Assembly: GCA_043228905.1 (NCBI GenBank)
Contig: JBHGNT010000007.1
Coordinates: 22,678,537-22,742,536 of the forward strand
Source: Azolla caroliniana
Lineage: Eukaryota; Plantae; Polypodiophyta
Length of the DNA: 64,000 nt
Direction of reading: 5' to 3'
Position 1 is the first letter of the stretch. Each line of letters begins with the position of its first letter. Shown piece by piece: positions 43,501-55,306 of the stretch. Both the position numbers and the translations under genes were made by a program. The notes beneath the pieces were generated by a model, which saw only the letters and a program-made list of their open reading frames with translations, ran no database searches and was not told where the DNA came from.

Positions 43501-45513
43501 TCTGATTTAAACGAAGGGATGGAAATCCCTGCATCATCTGAGGAAGAATACAACTCTTCAGAAGAATTTCTGCATGATCAAGAAATACATGTATCTACTA
43601 GCCTCCTTAGAGGGGTTGAAGCCGTAATCCAGACACTTGATGATAATGGAAGGGATCAGAATGAATCAGCTTTTGAGATGCTAAATGAGTTCCATTCATC
43701 AATGGCTTCCACGCGAAGCAGTGAAATGAAGCGAATAGTGTTGGAAGACAATGCTGTGGAAGATGGGGGAACAGGAAATATTGAACAAGTAGATGATTTA
43801 AAATGGGATCAAGAAGTACAGGAAATGAAAGGGAAGGTCAGGGTTAATACGGTAGATAATGTTGATGATGTAGAAGATGAAAAAGATGAAGACTCTCCCA
43901 AAGAATTACAATTACAAGAACCCACCACAGAAATCAGCATAAATGTGGAAACCATTGTATATAAAGAAGATAGACACTGTCCCAAAGAGTTAGAAGTAGA
44001 ATCCATTACAAAAACCAGGGGAAATATGGAAACCCTTGTTGCGGATCCTGACCATGTGGCTGAAAAAAATGTCTCAGAAGCTGAAGATATCACTACAAGT
44101 TCAGGTATGCTTGGTGGATTTCTGAAGAAGCTGAAATTGAAACAGGGGAAGGAAGTAAAAGGGAAGGTATACATGGTAGATGTCATTGAAGACGATAAAG
44201 ATGAAGATAATGAAACTACTGTAAATATGGGAATCAGTGTCCCAAATAAAGCTCATCATACTCATGTGACTGAGAGTAATGTTTCAGGAGCTGAAAAGAT
44301 CATTGCAAGTACTAGTATGCTTGGTGGAATTCTGAAGAAATTGAACCTTAAACATGGCAAGGCAGAAGAAGAAGAGGATCATAATCTGTTCATGGTAAAG
44401 AAAGGGAATGTTGGAAATCCTGATGATAGGACCTATGAGAAGCATAATTTGAGCCCTTGGCGACGAAAACCTTCAAGTAGTCAATCATTGAAACGATTTG
44501 CATCTGTAAATGGTTCAACTGGCCTCACCTTACTGCAAAAATCAAAAGTTTCATCTGACATTAAGGATATAAGTCTCATATTCAGCTTTTCTGGGGCGAA
44601 AGTTAACAGTGGCGACCATAAGCAAGAAGCTGTCAAAGAAGACACTACAAAAGCTTTCTTGGAGATGGAGGTAGTGCCAGCTATGAGAGGTGGAAGAGAG
44701 AGAGAGTTGAGCCTTAAGTTGCCACAGAAGAGTGAAGAACTTCTTCCTACATTGAGGGATATCCTTGAGAATTCATCATCGTTGTCAGCATCGGCATCAT
44801 CATCATCTTCTTCTTCATCGCATGGTCCTATGGATTGCAAAGGCTCTCCGTCATCAAAATCTTCCTCAACGGAGAGGTTGAGGGCAAGACATCTTCTCCA
44901 TGATGATGAGTCTTCTTGTTCTTCATCTCAATCTCCTGTGCACTATAATGGGTCTCTTCTTCTCAAAGAGCCTTCTTTTTCTCAAGGTCCCCTGGACTGT
45001 AATCTGTCATCACCATCATCATTAGCATCATCATCATCATCATCATCATCATTGGCATCACCACCACCATCACTGACTCCAGAAGCTCATCTAGAATCTG
45101 GCAGGGCATCAGCATCAGCTTTAGCATCAAAGACTTTGGAAAGTCAAGTGGAATCTAGTGGAGGACAATTAAAGCCTCAGCAGCAAGAGAAACAACACTT
45201 GATAGGCAGCTCCCCACACTTGATAGCTGCTGAGATCCTACAAAAGCAGGAGGATGAAGCATCAATGCCATGCCAGTCACAAGCATTAGACCAAGTTAAC
45301 TTGAAGCATGGCATTCTTACAAATGTAGAAGAAAAAGATATAAGAACTAGAGAAGGAGGAGGAGGGACATCTAAAGGGATAATGAAAGAAGTAACAGGGA
45401 ATGCTGTCAAGGAAGCTATGGCTCCATTGAAGAAGCATTGGGATGCTACTCTCTCCCATGTTTGGAGAAAGGCTGTGAAGAAGTTTGACCTTGCTCCCCG
45501 GCATCATCCATAG
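40504..45513 (+). CDS. HNH-like domain + TRF/telobox-type Myb domain + coiled coil + long acidic/Ser-rich tail (~1144 aa)
   Basis: Exons 40504-40619, 40705-40823, 41474-41636, 41956-42164, 42398-42546, 42679-43013 and 43170-45513 (3435 nt, all GT-AG, in frame). HNH region: FRVDVYGNVVYWH..AWEVDHWFPYSRGGKTVVSNLRILQWQ. Myb: RRRWTLDEEEALRRSVQMFGPGNWKDIKESEPMLVNRSTVQIKDKYRQMK. Confidence 0.88.
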
Positions 45514-45800
45514 CCACGTGGCAGGGGCTCCCCCGGCATATGCCACGTTGGCGTCACTCATCGCCACGCACACATTTTCCACGAGGAGAATGAGGTGGCA
45601 GTTCCTGCTTGGTGGAAGCTGACATTGCCACGTGGTGGAAAAGAGTTGCTGCCAGCTTGGCGGGAAAAAAAAAGGTTCACAATTGCCACGTGGAAAGAAA
45701 GCTCACTTTTGCCACGTGGCAAGAAAGATGTTGTGGCTGCTAGGTGGCAAAAGTAGAGCCCTATTGTTGCCACTTGGCATAAATTGATGCCACATCAGCA
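45513..45800. repeat. Cluster of GCCACGTGG (G-box-like) palindromes, probably the subterminal region of a non-autonomous DNA transposon
   Basis: Four perfect CCACGTGG (~45514, 45628, 45686, 45712) plus several degenerate copies within 290 bp. Confidence 0.55.
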
Positions 45801-47345
45801 TTGTCCCTTAGTGACCGACCGACTTTAGTCTCTACATATCTGAAATTTGTTTGGAAAAGGGTGGATCTCTTTTTATAATTCCAAAGCGAGGGGCTTTTGA
45901 TTAACTCGGAATGGGCGTGATTTCGTATTTTTTTGGAAGAAGGATGGATCATTTTCTATAATTTATTCGAAAGCTAGGGGCTTTTCACTAACTTGAACTT
46001 GGCCTAGTTTGTCTAATTTCTTTTGACCTTGAGTTTTATTCATGCATGTTCATAGATATTTCGGTAAATTGATATGAATATATCGATAATTTGTTGATTG
46101 GTGCCACCAATACAAGGGCATGTGGACATTATGAAATGGGATGCCAATGTGACAATTAACTATCCCCTTCTACGATAACTTCAGGTGAGCGAAGCGTTCA
46201 TGAAGGAAAGGTTCTTGAGAAGAATCCTTGGTGTAGACAACTTGTAAAAATTATGAAGTCTTAATTGATGAAAAAGGAAACAAATAGACGAGCAAGCTAT
46301 CCCCTCCAAGAAGCATGACACTTAGGAAGCTAGACGAAGGGAGGATTTGAATGCGAACCCCGTGACAAATGGCAAGGAAAAAGAGAGGCAATCCAACAAC
46401 TAAGCTTTGTGTGTAGATCTAACAAACCATTAACATAAAATGGGTGATGGAGGAGCAAATGTTGAATAATTGAATGGAGATTATTACACTACAGTTGGTA
46501 ATCCTTGGAACCGTGAAAAAAATGTTTCATGATGACATTATTGACCTTATTAAGAGGAAAAGTCCATCAAAGTAGAACAATGATTTATGTCATGTCAAGG
46601 TGTGCACCACCAAGAACATGCCTATTAAGCGACTAAGTTGTTCTAGAGCTTGAACTATTAGGCTCAAACCTTAGGCTCCTGTGTGTGTTTCACACTTGGT
46701 TGTACTTATTTATTATAAAAAGTAGTCAGGTGATGAAACACTCTAATGTTATCTTCCACCATGGGATTGAAATACTAACAAGTGTAGCACCTGGTATGAG
46801 ATCAATATGATGGTCAATGTTACATTTAGGAGGCAACCCTTTTGGTAGTTACTTAGAGAATACATTTTGAAACTCTTTTAAGAGTCTAAACACTCGATGT
46901 TCATGATATGTTAATTGATCCTTGTCATTTAATATATTAATTAATATATTAGAAAGATTAGGGTCAAGGACACAACCATACATTCTAGAACAAGAAGAAG
47001 AAAAAAGATATACTTGAAAGAGTAAAGACAAATGAAGGTTTGCCACATTGAATAAAGTGTTGAGAATTATTTAATGAAAATGCCATTGAATGGTTGACCT
47101 AATCAATGGATAAAGAGGGATTCTTATTAAAAAAACCATGTATAACCAAGTATTTTACATGAGTATATCTAAGATTCATAACATGAAAATCTAGTTTTTC
47201 CACAAAGGTATTTGTATGGATTGGCAATTGATGAATCGCTCCATTGATATATTGAACTTCTTTATCCACTAGATGGACTTGGTAAGTGTGATCATTTAGA
47301 GTTAGCTAAAGTCTTGATAAGACAAAATGGTCATTGATAAAATCG

Positions 47346-47800
47346 TCATTTTGAAGACCCTTTGATAAGTTCGTTGGCACAAAGCAAATCATTAAGTCCT
47401 ACTACATGTTGTGGAAAAGAACATGAACAATTACTTCGACGTTGAGTATAAACCTCAAGAATATCAAGTAATTGACCTTTGCAACCAAGACGCTTGCCCT
47501 TTAATTCAGACTCCTTTTGTTGAAGCTTTCGACATTGGTCCTTTGTATGGCCCTTCTTTTTGCAATAACCACATGTAGGTATTTGTCGCTTAGAGTCGCG
47601 AGTTGAGAATGCGTTAGGTGTCTTTTGATTCCCACTGAATTGTGATGGATTAGGTGTTGCAGCCAACGGTTTATTATGGTCATCCTTTGATGTACAACCA
47701 TTACGAAGTAAAATGTCTCTTGCTTCCTCAAGGTTGGCAAGATCCTTATCATGAACTATCCAATGATAATCAGAGTTAGAAATGCAATGTAGTAAGCAGG
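47346..47800 (-). mobile_element. Degenerate LTR-retrotransposon gag fragment (copia-like)
   Basis: Zinc knuckle CGYCKKKGHTKDQC in ORF 47346..48023. The downstream sequence is decayed. Confidence 0.55.
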
Positions 47801-48373
47801 CAATAAACCACTGGTCACCTTTGAGTCCTAGCATAATGAACATAATACTCAAAAGAAAAAAATTTCCAGTTAGAAAACGGCCACAAATAAACCCAGCCAT
47901 GGCCGAGAAGCCGAGATTCGGCCCAAGCATGGCTGATAAAGCGGCCGTGAACCAGAGAATCGGCTGAGAAGCCGAGCGATAGCCATGAGATGGCCCAGCC
48001 ACGACCGAGAAAGTGATTGCCACGAGATGGTCTAGAAATGGTCTAGATGGTCTAGAGATGAAAGAAAAAGATGATCACAACGACGACACAGAGAGAAGAA
48101 GTAAGTAAACAGAAAGAAAGAAAGGAAGAAGAAGAAGAAGTGAAAAACACGTCAAAAGAGATAAGTAGATGAAAAAGAAAGCAAGAGAAAAGAAAGAAAA
48201 ACAAAAAGGAAACTTAAAACAGAGGGGTACATAGAATCAAATTTCAAGAACTCAAGGGCAGCTGATAGAATTCCCCAGACTTAAGGGTACATCACTAGAA
48301 TTTCAAAAAACAATTGAGGGTATGAAATAGAATTTCCAAAACTCAATGGTACAAAAAAAACTCACCACTACTC

Positions 48374-51090
48374 AACACGTTCGCATTCACAAGTGGAAGG
48401 ATAATGAATGTTCTGTTTGATTTTGGGGTTTTTTTTGCCATTTCACAAAATACCTTGTTACTGGTAAATCACATGTTCTCTAAAACTTGACGAAAAAGTT
48501 GAAAATTTCATCATTTGGTAAAATTGAAAAATGCCAAATTTTGGTCAAATACGAAAAGTAACTTTGTGTATTTTTAAAGAAAAATGACAACTAATAAGTT
48601 TTTAGATCTTAAAGAAATATAAAGCAGAGGATTTCAAAACAATGAACGTTTTTATTTCATTCGATAAAATGTTGTCTAAATTTGTTACACATAGTTGCAC
48701 AACAAATACATTTGGGAGTTATTTGCATAAATATCATCATTCTTTTCATGAGAATCACTACTATAGATAATATACAATTGTGACTCTTCCTCCTCATTTT
48801 CAAATGTACCAATCAAATCATTATCTTCACCAAATGGTGTCTCCAAATTGTGTGTAGTAAATCTTCTTTACTTTCAAGCTGAGATATCTTCTAGACTTGG
48901 TAATATCTCTTTTATTATGTATATCGTTGTTGTCCTTAAACATCCAACTTTTGTCAATGTAAAGTCATACACAATGATATCCACCTAACTAATGTCAATG
49001 ATAGATGTATTACAAAGGTTTAATGCATCATCACGTCCAAAACTTTACCAATGCAGAAATGGTACCCTAGTTCATGGCCATCTACATGTGTAGTTATTAA
49101 TATCCCCACCTTGAGTTCTTGCAAGTTTCCTTGTTACGTGAGTTATGCTCTTGTTGTCATCCTTTGTTCCACATAAATGTTTCTCTGTTGTAGATGAACC
49201 AAACTATGAAGATCAACATTAAGTGCTTGAAGTGGTAATTGAGAACCACGAGAATACTTTATAGACCATGTAAATGACATTTGCAAGGTTCAATTACCAT
49301 CAACACAATTATTAATGGTTTTTTGTTAATCAATGATGCGCATGTTCACCATAAGGTATCTTGTTATGCAACATACATCTTTGCAATATCGATATGCATC
49401 ATTTTCTCTTGTAAAAACATAGATTTCAATATAATTTGAGTTTATGTTTAAAAAACCTCTTTTATTTGAAAAACAAGAAGTTTTTTAAACATGAACTCGA
49501 TATGTTGTATCAAGTTGATGTAAAAAACAGAGGTTTGATCATAATTCCATACAATGTATTGAATTCATGTTCAAAGTTTTTTTTATCGGATTTAAAAAGA
49601 ATTAATAATAATAAGTTGAGCTTAAGTTCATATAAAAACTGGATTTTTCATCACAATTCGATACAATGTATTGAGTTCATGTTTAAAGTATATTTTTCTA
49701 TTTTTTTTCAATTTTTTTAATGGAAAAATAATAATTTTAAACATGAATTCGATACATTGTATCGACTTGTGATGAAAACTCTGGTTTTTTCATCATTTAT
49801 TAAAGCTCAAATTTTTTTTTTTTTTCAACACAAACTCGATGTATCGAGTTCATGTTGAAAGCTTTATTTCGGGTTTTTAAAAAAAATTGTTTTTTTTTTC
49901 TATTTATGTTGGTTTTTTTTTTTTGAGCTTTAATAAATGATGAAAAAACCAGAGTTTTCATCACAAGTCAATACAATGTATCGAATTCATGTTAAAGTTT
50001 TTTTTCCATAAATAAAATTGAAAAAAATAAAACAAAATAAAAAAATTTTGAAAAAAATAATAGAAAAATATACTTTAAACATGAACTCAATACATTGTAT
50101 CGAATTGTGATGAAAAAACTAGTTTTTATATGAACTTAAGCTCAACTTATTATTATTAATTTTTTTTAAATCCGGTAAAAAAAACTTTGAACATGAATTC
50201 AATACATTGTATGGAATTATGATCAAACCTCTGTTTTTTACATCAACTCGATACAACATATCGAGTTCATGTTTAAAAAACTTCTTGTTTTTCAAATAAA
50301 AGAGGTTTTTTAAACATGAACTCAAATTATACTAAAATCTATATTTTTACAAGAGAAAAAGATACATATCGATACTGCAAAGATGAATGTTGCACAACAA
50401 GATACCTTATGGTGAACATGTGCTTCATTGATTAACAAAAAACATTAATAATTGTATTGATGGTAATTGAACTTCGCAAGTGCCATTTACTTCACAAAAT
50501 TTGTAGGGGAATTCTTAAAAGGAAGAAGAGGATAACATTGTAGATACCCTGATAACTGTGTGATATGTTTAAATTGATATATTAATGTTCACATCTAAAG
50601 TTTGACAGTTTAGGAATATCATCTACATTTTAGGAGTTGTGGATTTATCAAAATTGTTTATGAATATTGTCTACATTTCTTGAGTTGTGAATTTATGGAT
50701 GTTAATGAGCACTAAATTGATAGATGATGACATTAAGGATTGCAATGTTACCTCTTATACTTAAAACATTTTCAAGTCTAACAAAAGATGTATGGTGAAA
50801 CCATTAATCTTAACTTGTGCCTTGAGTTAACCATTGTGATTTTCTTTAAGTTAAGTACATTTCATATCTACAAACCATCAACATTTAAACATTTATTGAA
50901 AAACTATTCAATTTTAGAAATGATCATTTTGAAACTTGTTAAATCTCAAAAAATTAGCAATTTTTACATGCTATTTAAAACTTGTGATAGTGGTGTATCA
51001 AGTTTTTTAAAATAGTCTAAAATCGCAAGATTATAAAATGAATCTTTAAATGGAATGCGCGATCCTTCCACTTGTGAACGCGAACGTGTT
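48374..51090. mobile_element. Non-autonomous TIR DNA transposon with a 4-bp TSD (Sola-like?) containing a large internal palindrome
   Basis: 29-bp TIRs AACACGTTCGC(A/G)TTCACAAGTGGAAGGAT (28/29 match), flanked by ACTC on both sides (48370-48373 and 51091-51094). Decayed minus-strand coding relic at ~48780-49240 (GNLQELKVGILI..HELGYHFCIGKVLDV; DIIVYDFTLTKVGCLRTTTI). Confidence 0.75.
49270..50490. repeat. Long inverted repeat (~540-570-bp arms, ~100-bp spacer)
   Basis: 49270-~49810 is the reverse complement of ~49922-50490. The ORF track shows near-identical peptides at 49436(+) and 50325(-). Confidence 0.95.
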
Positions 51091-54000
51091 ACTCACACTA
51101 GTGTAGAAATATATATATGTATACACACAATCTTTTTTAACCCTCAATGACTTTACCACAATGGACAAGCCGATTGGTGTGTGATCCAATCGTGTGATAT
51201 GCTGACCGAACGAGAAGGTTCGTGTCAAGCCAACTCCAATCAAAGTTATCGATCATAGAGCAATAATCCGGTCGAGGGATTTCCGACCATCGAGAGAAGA
51301 TTGATGGAGTTTTCGGTCAACGAGTTTTTGGCATGGGGTTTGTGGGATCGACGTGCAATGCATTGTCCCACGGGCCTGCCAGGTGTTATCCGTATAGGTG
51401 TACAAGAGGGTTAGGTGTAATGTGGAAGGTGGTGTGTAAGGTGTAATATGAAATGTTAATGTGTGAGGTGGGGTAAGTAGGTGTAACTACCCCCATTTGG
51501 CTTTTTGTAATGTTTGATCAGATCTTGTACTATTTAAACCCCACCCGTGGGGCATGGAAAAAAAAGAGAAATATATTGAAGTTACCCTCAAACCGTGTTT
51601 GTCTCAATTCTCTATCTCACACTCTCACACTCTCTCTGTGCATCTCTCCCTCTCTTCTTTCTCACATTCGAACCCCCTTGGGAGGGTGGTGGAGTTGAGC
51701 TTGGCTCCACCCCTCACCCATAAACATAAGGTTTCACAACAAAGGATGATTTCCCTTGCATCTGCTCTGTGAAGGAGGAATTCATGTGTATATCCAACAT
51801 GCGAGATTGAAGAGCTCCCTGAGATTACAGAAGCTTAGAAAGCTTAGTAAAGGTGAATTGAGGACATGTTATATTTGATGAAAATATGCCTCAATAAGTA
51901 TAGTGTTAGATATGGGAGCTGGTGCCATGAGCGTAGTATCATATTCCATGTTCGTAAAATTCTCTAATCATGAGTAAAAACTGCGTACATGTGATACTCA
52001 TCTATTGAATCATAGAATTCATAAATGTGTGTAAGGTCATGATCTGTCAATTTTTATGTAGTGGTCAACAAAGTTTTTGTATCCTACATCATCATAAAAG
52101 TAAACACTATCACATATAAGAACGTTAGCGATGTGGCACTAAATGTGCATCCATATATTTTATTTATTTATTTATTTATGTCTAAAATATTGATATATAA
52201 CAATATATTGATCAATATATAACAATATTGATATATTTAAATAAGAATATTGGGACATGACATGCTACAACAATGTATATATGCATTAAAATATTGATAT
52301 ATAACCCTAATTGGGTATTAATCATGAAATTGAACCACCACATATTAATGAACCAATCACCCCACAATTGTAGAAGAGAAACAAAATAATTTACAAAATT
52401 ATAAAAAAAAGAAGAGAAATGGAGAAGACCAAAGTTCTCGAGTTGGTTGTTCCTAGGCCAAGAAAACAGACTCCATTAATTGCCCCAAGATTAAGAAAAA
52501 CACAAGAAAAAAAGATAACAAAAGAAAATATTAGTTATCATGCATTGATACCAATTGTAAGAATCTTAATTACTGTCACACAAAATTAAAGAGGAAAATA
52601 AGGAATAAAGGACGCCAGTCCACCCAACCACCCCTGATCAAAGGTGAGAGATGGATCCAAGTCCCTCGTTGGTGTCTCATATGACTTCGTACAATCATGG
52701 ATCATACATTGGGTTTGAAGGAGGCACACATGTATGAAGCTTGAGGTTTGCACACATGATTATTAGAATGTGATCTGAAACGAACTGGAATAGTGTTCTC
52801 GTGTCACTTCGTCCTCCCCTTGAACGATTATTGTGCGAGCTTGCTGAACCTCTCCTTGATGCTTCTATGAAGAATTTGAGCTCCATGACGTCGAAGACCA
52901 TGACGACCACTTAAGAAGAAGAAGAAGAGGTTGAGAAGGAGAAATGAAGGGATGATATACTTTTATGATACTCTGAGGTCGAGCTTCCAACGCTGAAACA
53001 TCACCAACAGAAATGAAGAGCTCCTTCTTAGAAATGTCGAAAAACCTAAGTAAGAAAAGAAAGTTGATAATTGAAGAAGAAAACCTCCACAGCCAAACCT
53101 CTAAGAAGATGAAGAAGACCTCCCAAAATGCCAAAACGAAAAAGAAGACCATTTAAAATCAAGAGAGCCAAAATGAGCCCTCTTCCCCTCCATTTATAGG
53201 GAGAGAGGTGCATCATTTACATTAAATGAAAATATTCCAATGTTTTTTTTAAAGAAGGAAAAAGGAATATGGGCCACGTTGCAGAGATTCGAACTCTATA
53301 CCTATAGTACAAATTTATTATAGTTATATTTTGATAAGTAGATATATAAAGTCATATGTTATCCCTTTTCCTTCTTTTTCTGTCTTTCTTTCTTTTCTTT
53401 TCTCCCTTTTTATCCAGATGTTTCCAGCCTTTTCTTTTCCTCTTTTTACCTACATCCCACCTTCGACCATGCCACATCACGACAATGGCAGGAAATTTCT
53501 CCAAAGTCGTCCCAGGGTAAGATATAATATTATAGAGCAAGTTGGTGATTCTCCTCTAGGATTGTGGCCACAAATTTGGATTGTTCAGCCCCTAGTTGTT
53601 CAATATCATGTTGTAGGTTCTCAATGGGCGGTGTCTTGTCTGATAGCTTTGTACATATCTTGGAGAGAGATTTTAACGTCGATGACAAGGATTTATCGCA
53701 ATAGTGCCATATTGACCTCAAGGCTCTTGGTCTCTTAGAGTTTTTCTACTTCACGTTTTTCTCTATCTTGGTCATGGGGGAATGCCCACTCTTTGAGCTA
53801 GCTAAAATTCAAGCTTAGTCAAGTGGGGTTGTTTGACAACTCCTTGAGGCGAAGTAGAGTGAGATACTCTTGAAGAATTGTTTTTCTTTGATTGAGGTCA
53901 AGTAAGTTATTAGGCAGGCAAGCAATTTCTCCTTGTGTATGTTAGTGGGTCCTTTAGTAACCTCGTCATCTTTAGAGGTGGGGTGGGAAATTGGAGAAGT

Positions 54001-54790
54001 TGATTGCAATGTGTAACTCACGTTTGAGGAGAACTAATTGTTGGAGAAGTGCCTTGTGAGACGTCTTGCATTCGGCTGCTAATATGTTGACTTTGGAGGC
54101 AATGGGTTGGGATTGCCCCTTTTTGATGAGTGTAGTGATCCAAAATTTGATCTCTTTTTCCAAGTTTTTAATATCTTCTAGGGTCTCCTGGTGTTGATGT
54201 TCTAGCCCGTGTCAGTCGGCCTCATGGTGTTGATGTGGAGAAGTCTGTGTGGGGATGTGTTGCCTAGAAGATGAGGGTTTAGGTTTAAACTTGGGTGCCA
54301 ACCTCTGTATTTTTTTCCTTGGTTTTGTCATGCTAGTCTTATTAGGTTGTTCTTTACATCTCTCATTGTTTGTTGGCGGTGTCTGGGGCATTTTGTTTTA
54401 CAAAAAGATATGTCTTGGTATTATAAAATCACAAGAAATAAAAAGTTGTGTCGGATAAATGAGTATACCAACTGATTCCCTTGTACTCACATTATGGCCG
54501 ATTTGATGTGTGTATATATACAATAACCACACATATCTGTATATCATATCTCCAAGATTATTGTGGTCTACTCCTCCCAAACTACAAATGAACATACAAT
54601 ATAGCATGTACCACCAACATCTATAGCTAAACTAAAGTTAGTAGACTAAAATGATGGGAAAAATATACATCCATATTATGTGATCTCCATCTTCCCTAAA
54701 AATGATCATTGAATCCCATAACCTTTTAAAATGCATTTGCTTCCTAAAAATAACATCAACATTGCCTGTAAACTTTCATATTGATCACGT

Positions 54791-55306
54791 TGTCGTGAAG
54801 ATTTCCGGCTACGGTGTGAAACCGAGGTGGAATGGGCAAGTCGGTGGTGTGGAACATGTGCACATGTTTACTAGGAAATGGTATATAGAAATAAGAGGGG
54901 AAATTTTATCCCACATTGTAAGGTCCCTCCCTCCTTGGGCTATAAAAGGAAGGGAGGGGTCACTTATGAAGGGGTTGCCTATTTTGCGTATGAGAGGTAT
55001 ACCACTTAGTCGAGAGTTCTTATCGTTTTAGGGTTAGGGTTTCGTTTAGGGTTTCGTTATTCATCCTTGGTTAGGGTTTTCTCATAGTCGTTTGGTGCGG
55101 CCCATGCGGCCACCATTGCTGTAATCATTCGTTTGTTTTAATATAACTTGTTGAGTATCTTGCCTCCGCCGATCTCTCCTTCTATGTCATGGTCTTATTC
55201 TTTCGTCTTTTCCTCTGGAGCTAAGCTTCCATATCATAGCTTATTCTTTCTCCTCTACTCCCTAGTCTGAGACCCCCGTGGTCCCGCCCCTTCTACATGC
55301 ACGCGC
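54791..55306 (+). mobile_element. Outer LTR (solo-like) interrupted by or fused to a gypsy element
   Basis: Starts TGTC at 54791 and carries TATAAAA at ~54941. The composite element ends GACA at 57685, with ACGT on both flanks (54787-54790 and 57686-57689). Confidence 0.6.

Noticed and set aside
42646-45513. 955-aa ORF as a stand-alone single-exon gene
   Set aside because: It begins in an intron at a non-ATG codon and reads through another intron. It represents the last two exons of the gene starting at 40504.
49436-50325. Pair of near-identical small ORFs on opposite strands
   Set aside because: A by-product of the AT-rich palindrome, with TTG starts and no recognisable domain.
48366-51103. 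CACTA element reading (CACTA at 48366, TAGTG at 51099)
   Set aside because: The 3-bp flanks do not match (CAC vs TAG) and the spacing to the TIR core differs. The inner boundaries give a perfect 4-bp TSD.
51110-54780. LTR-like and gag-like fragments
   Set aside because: No paired termini, TSD, PBS or convincing protein motif found.
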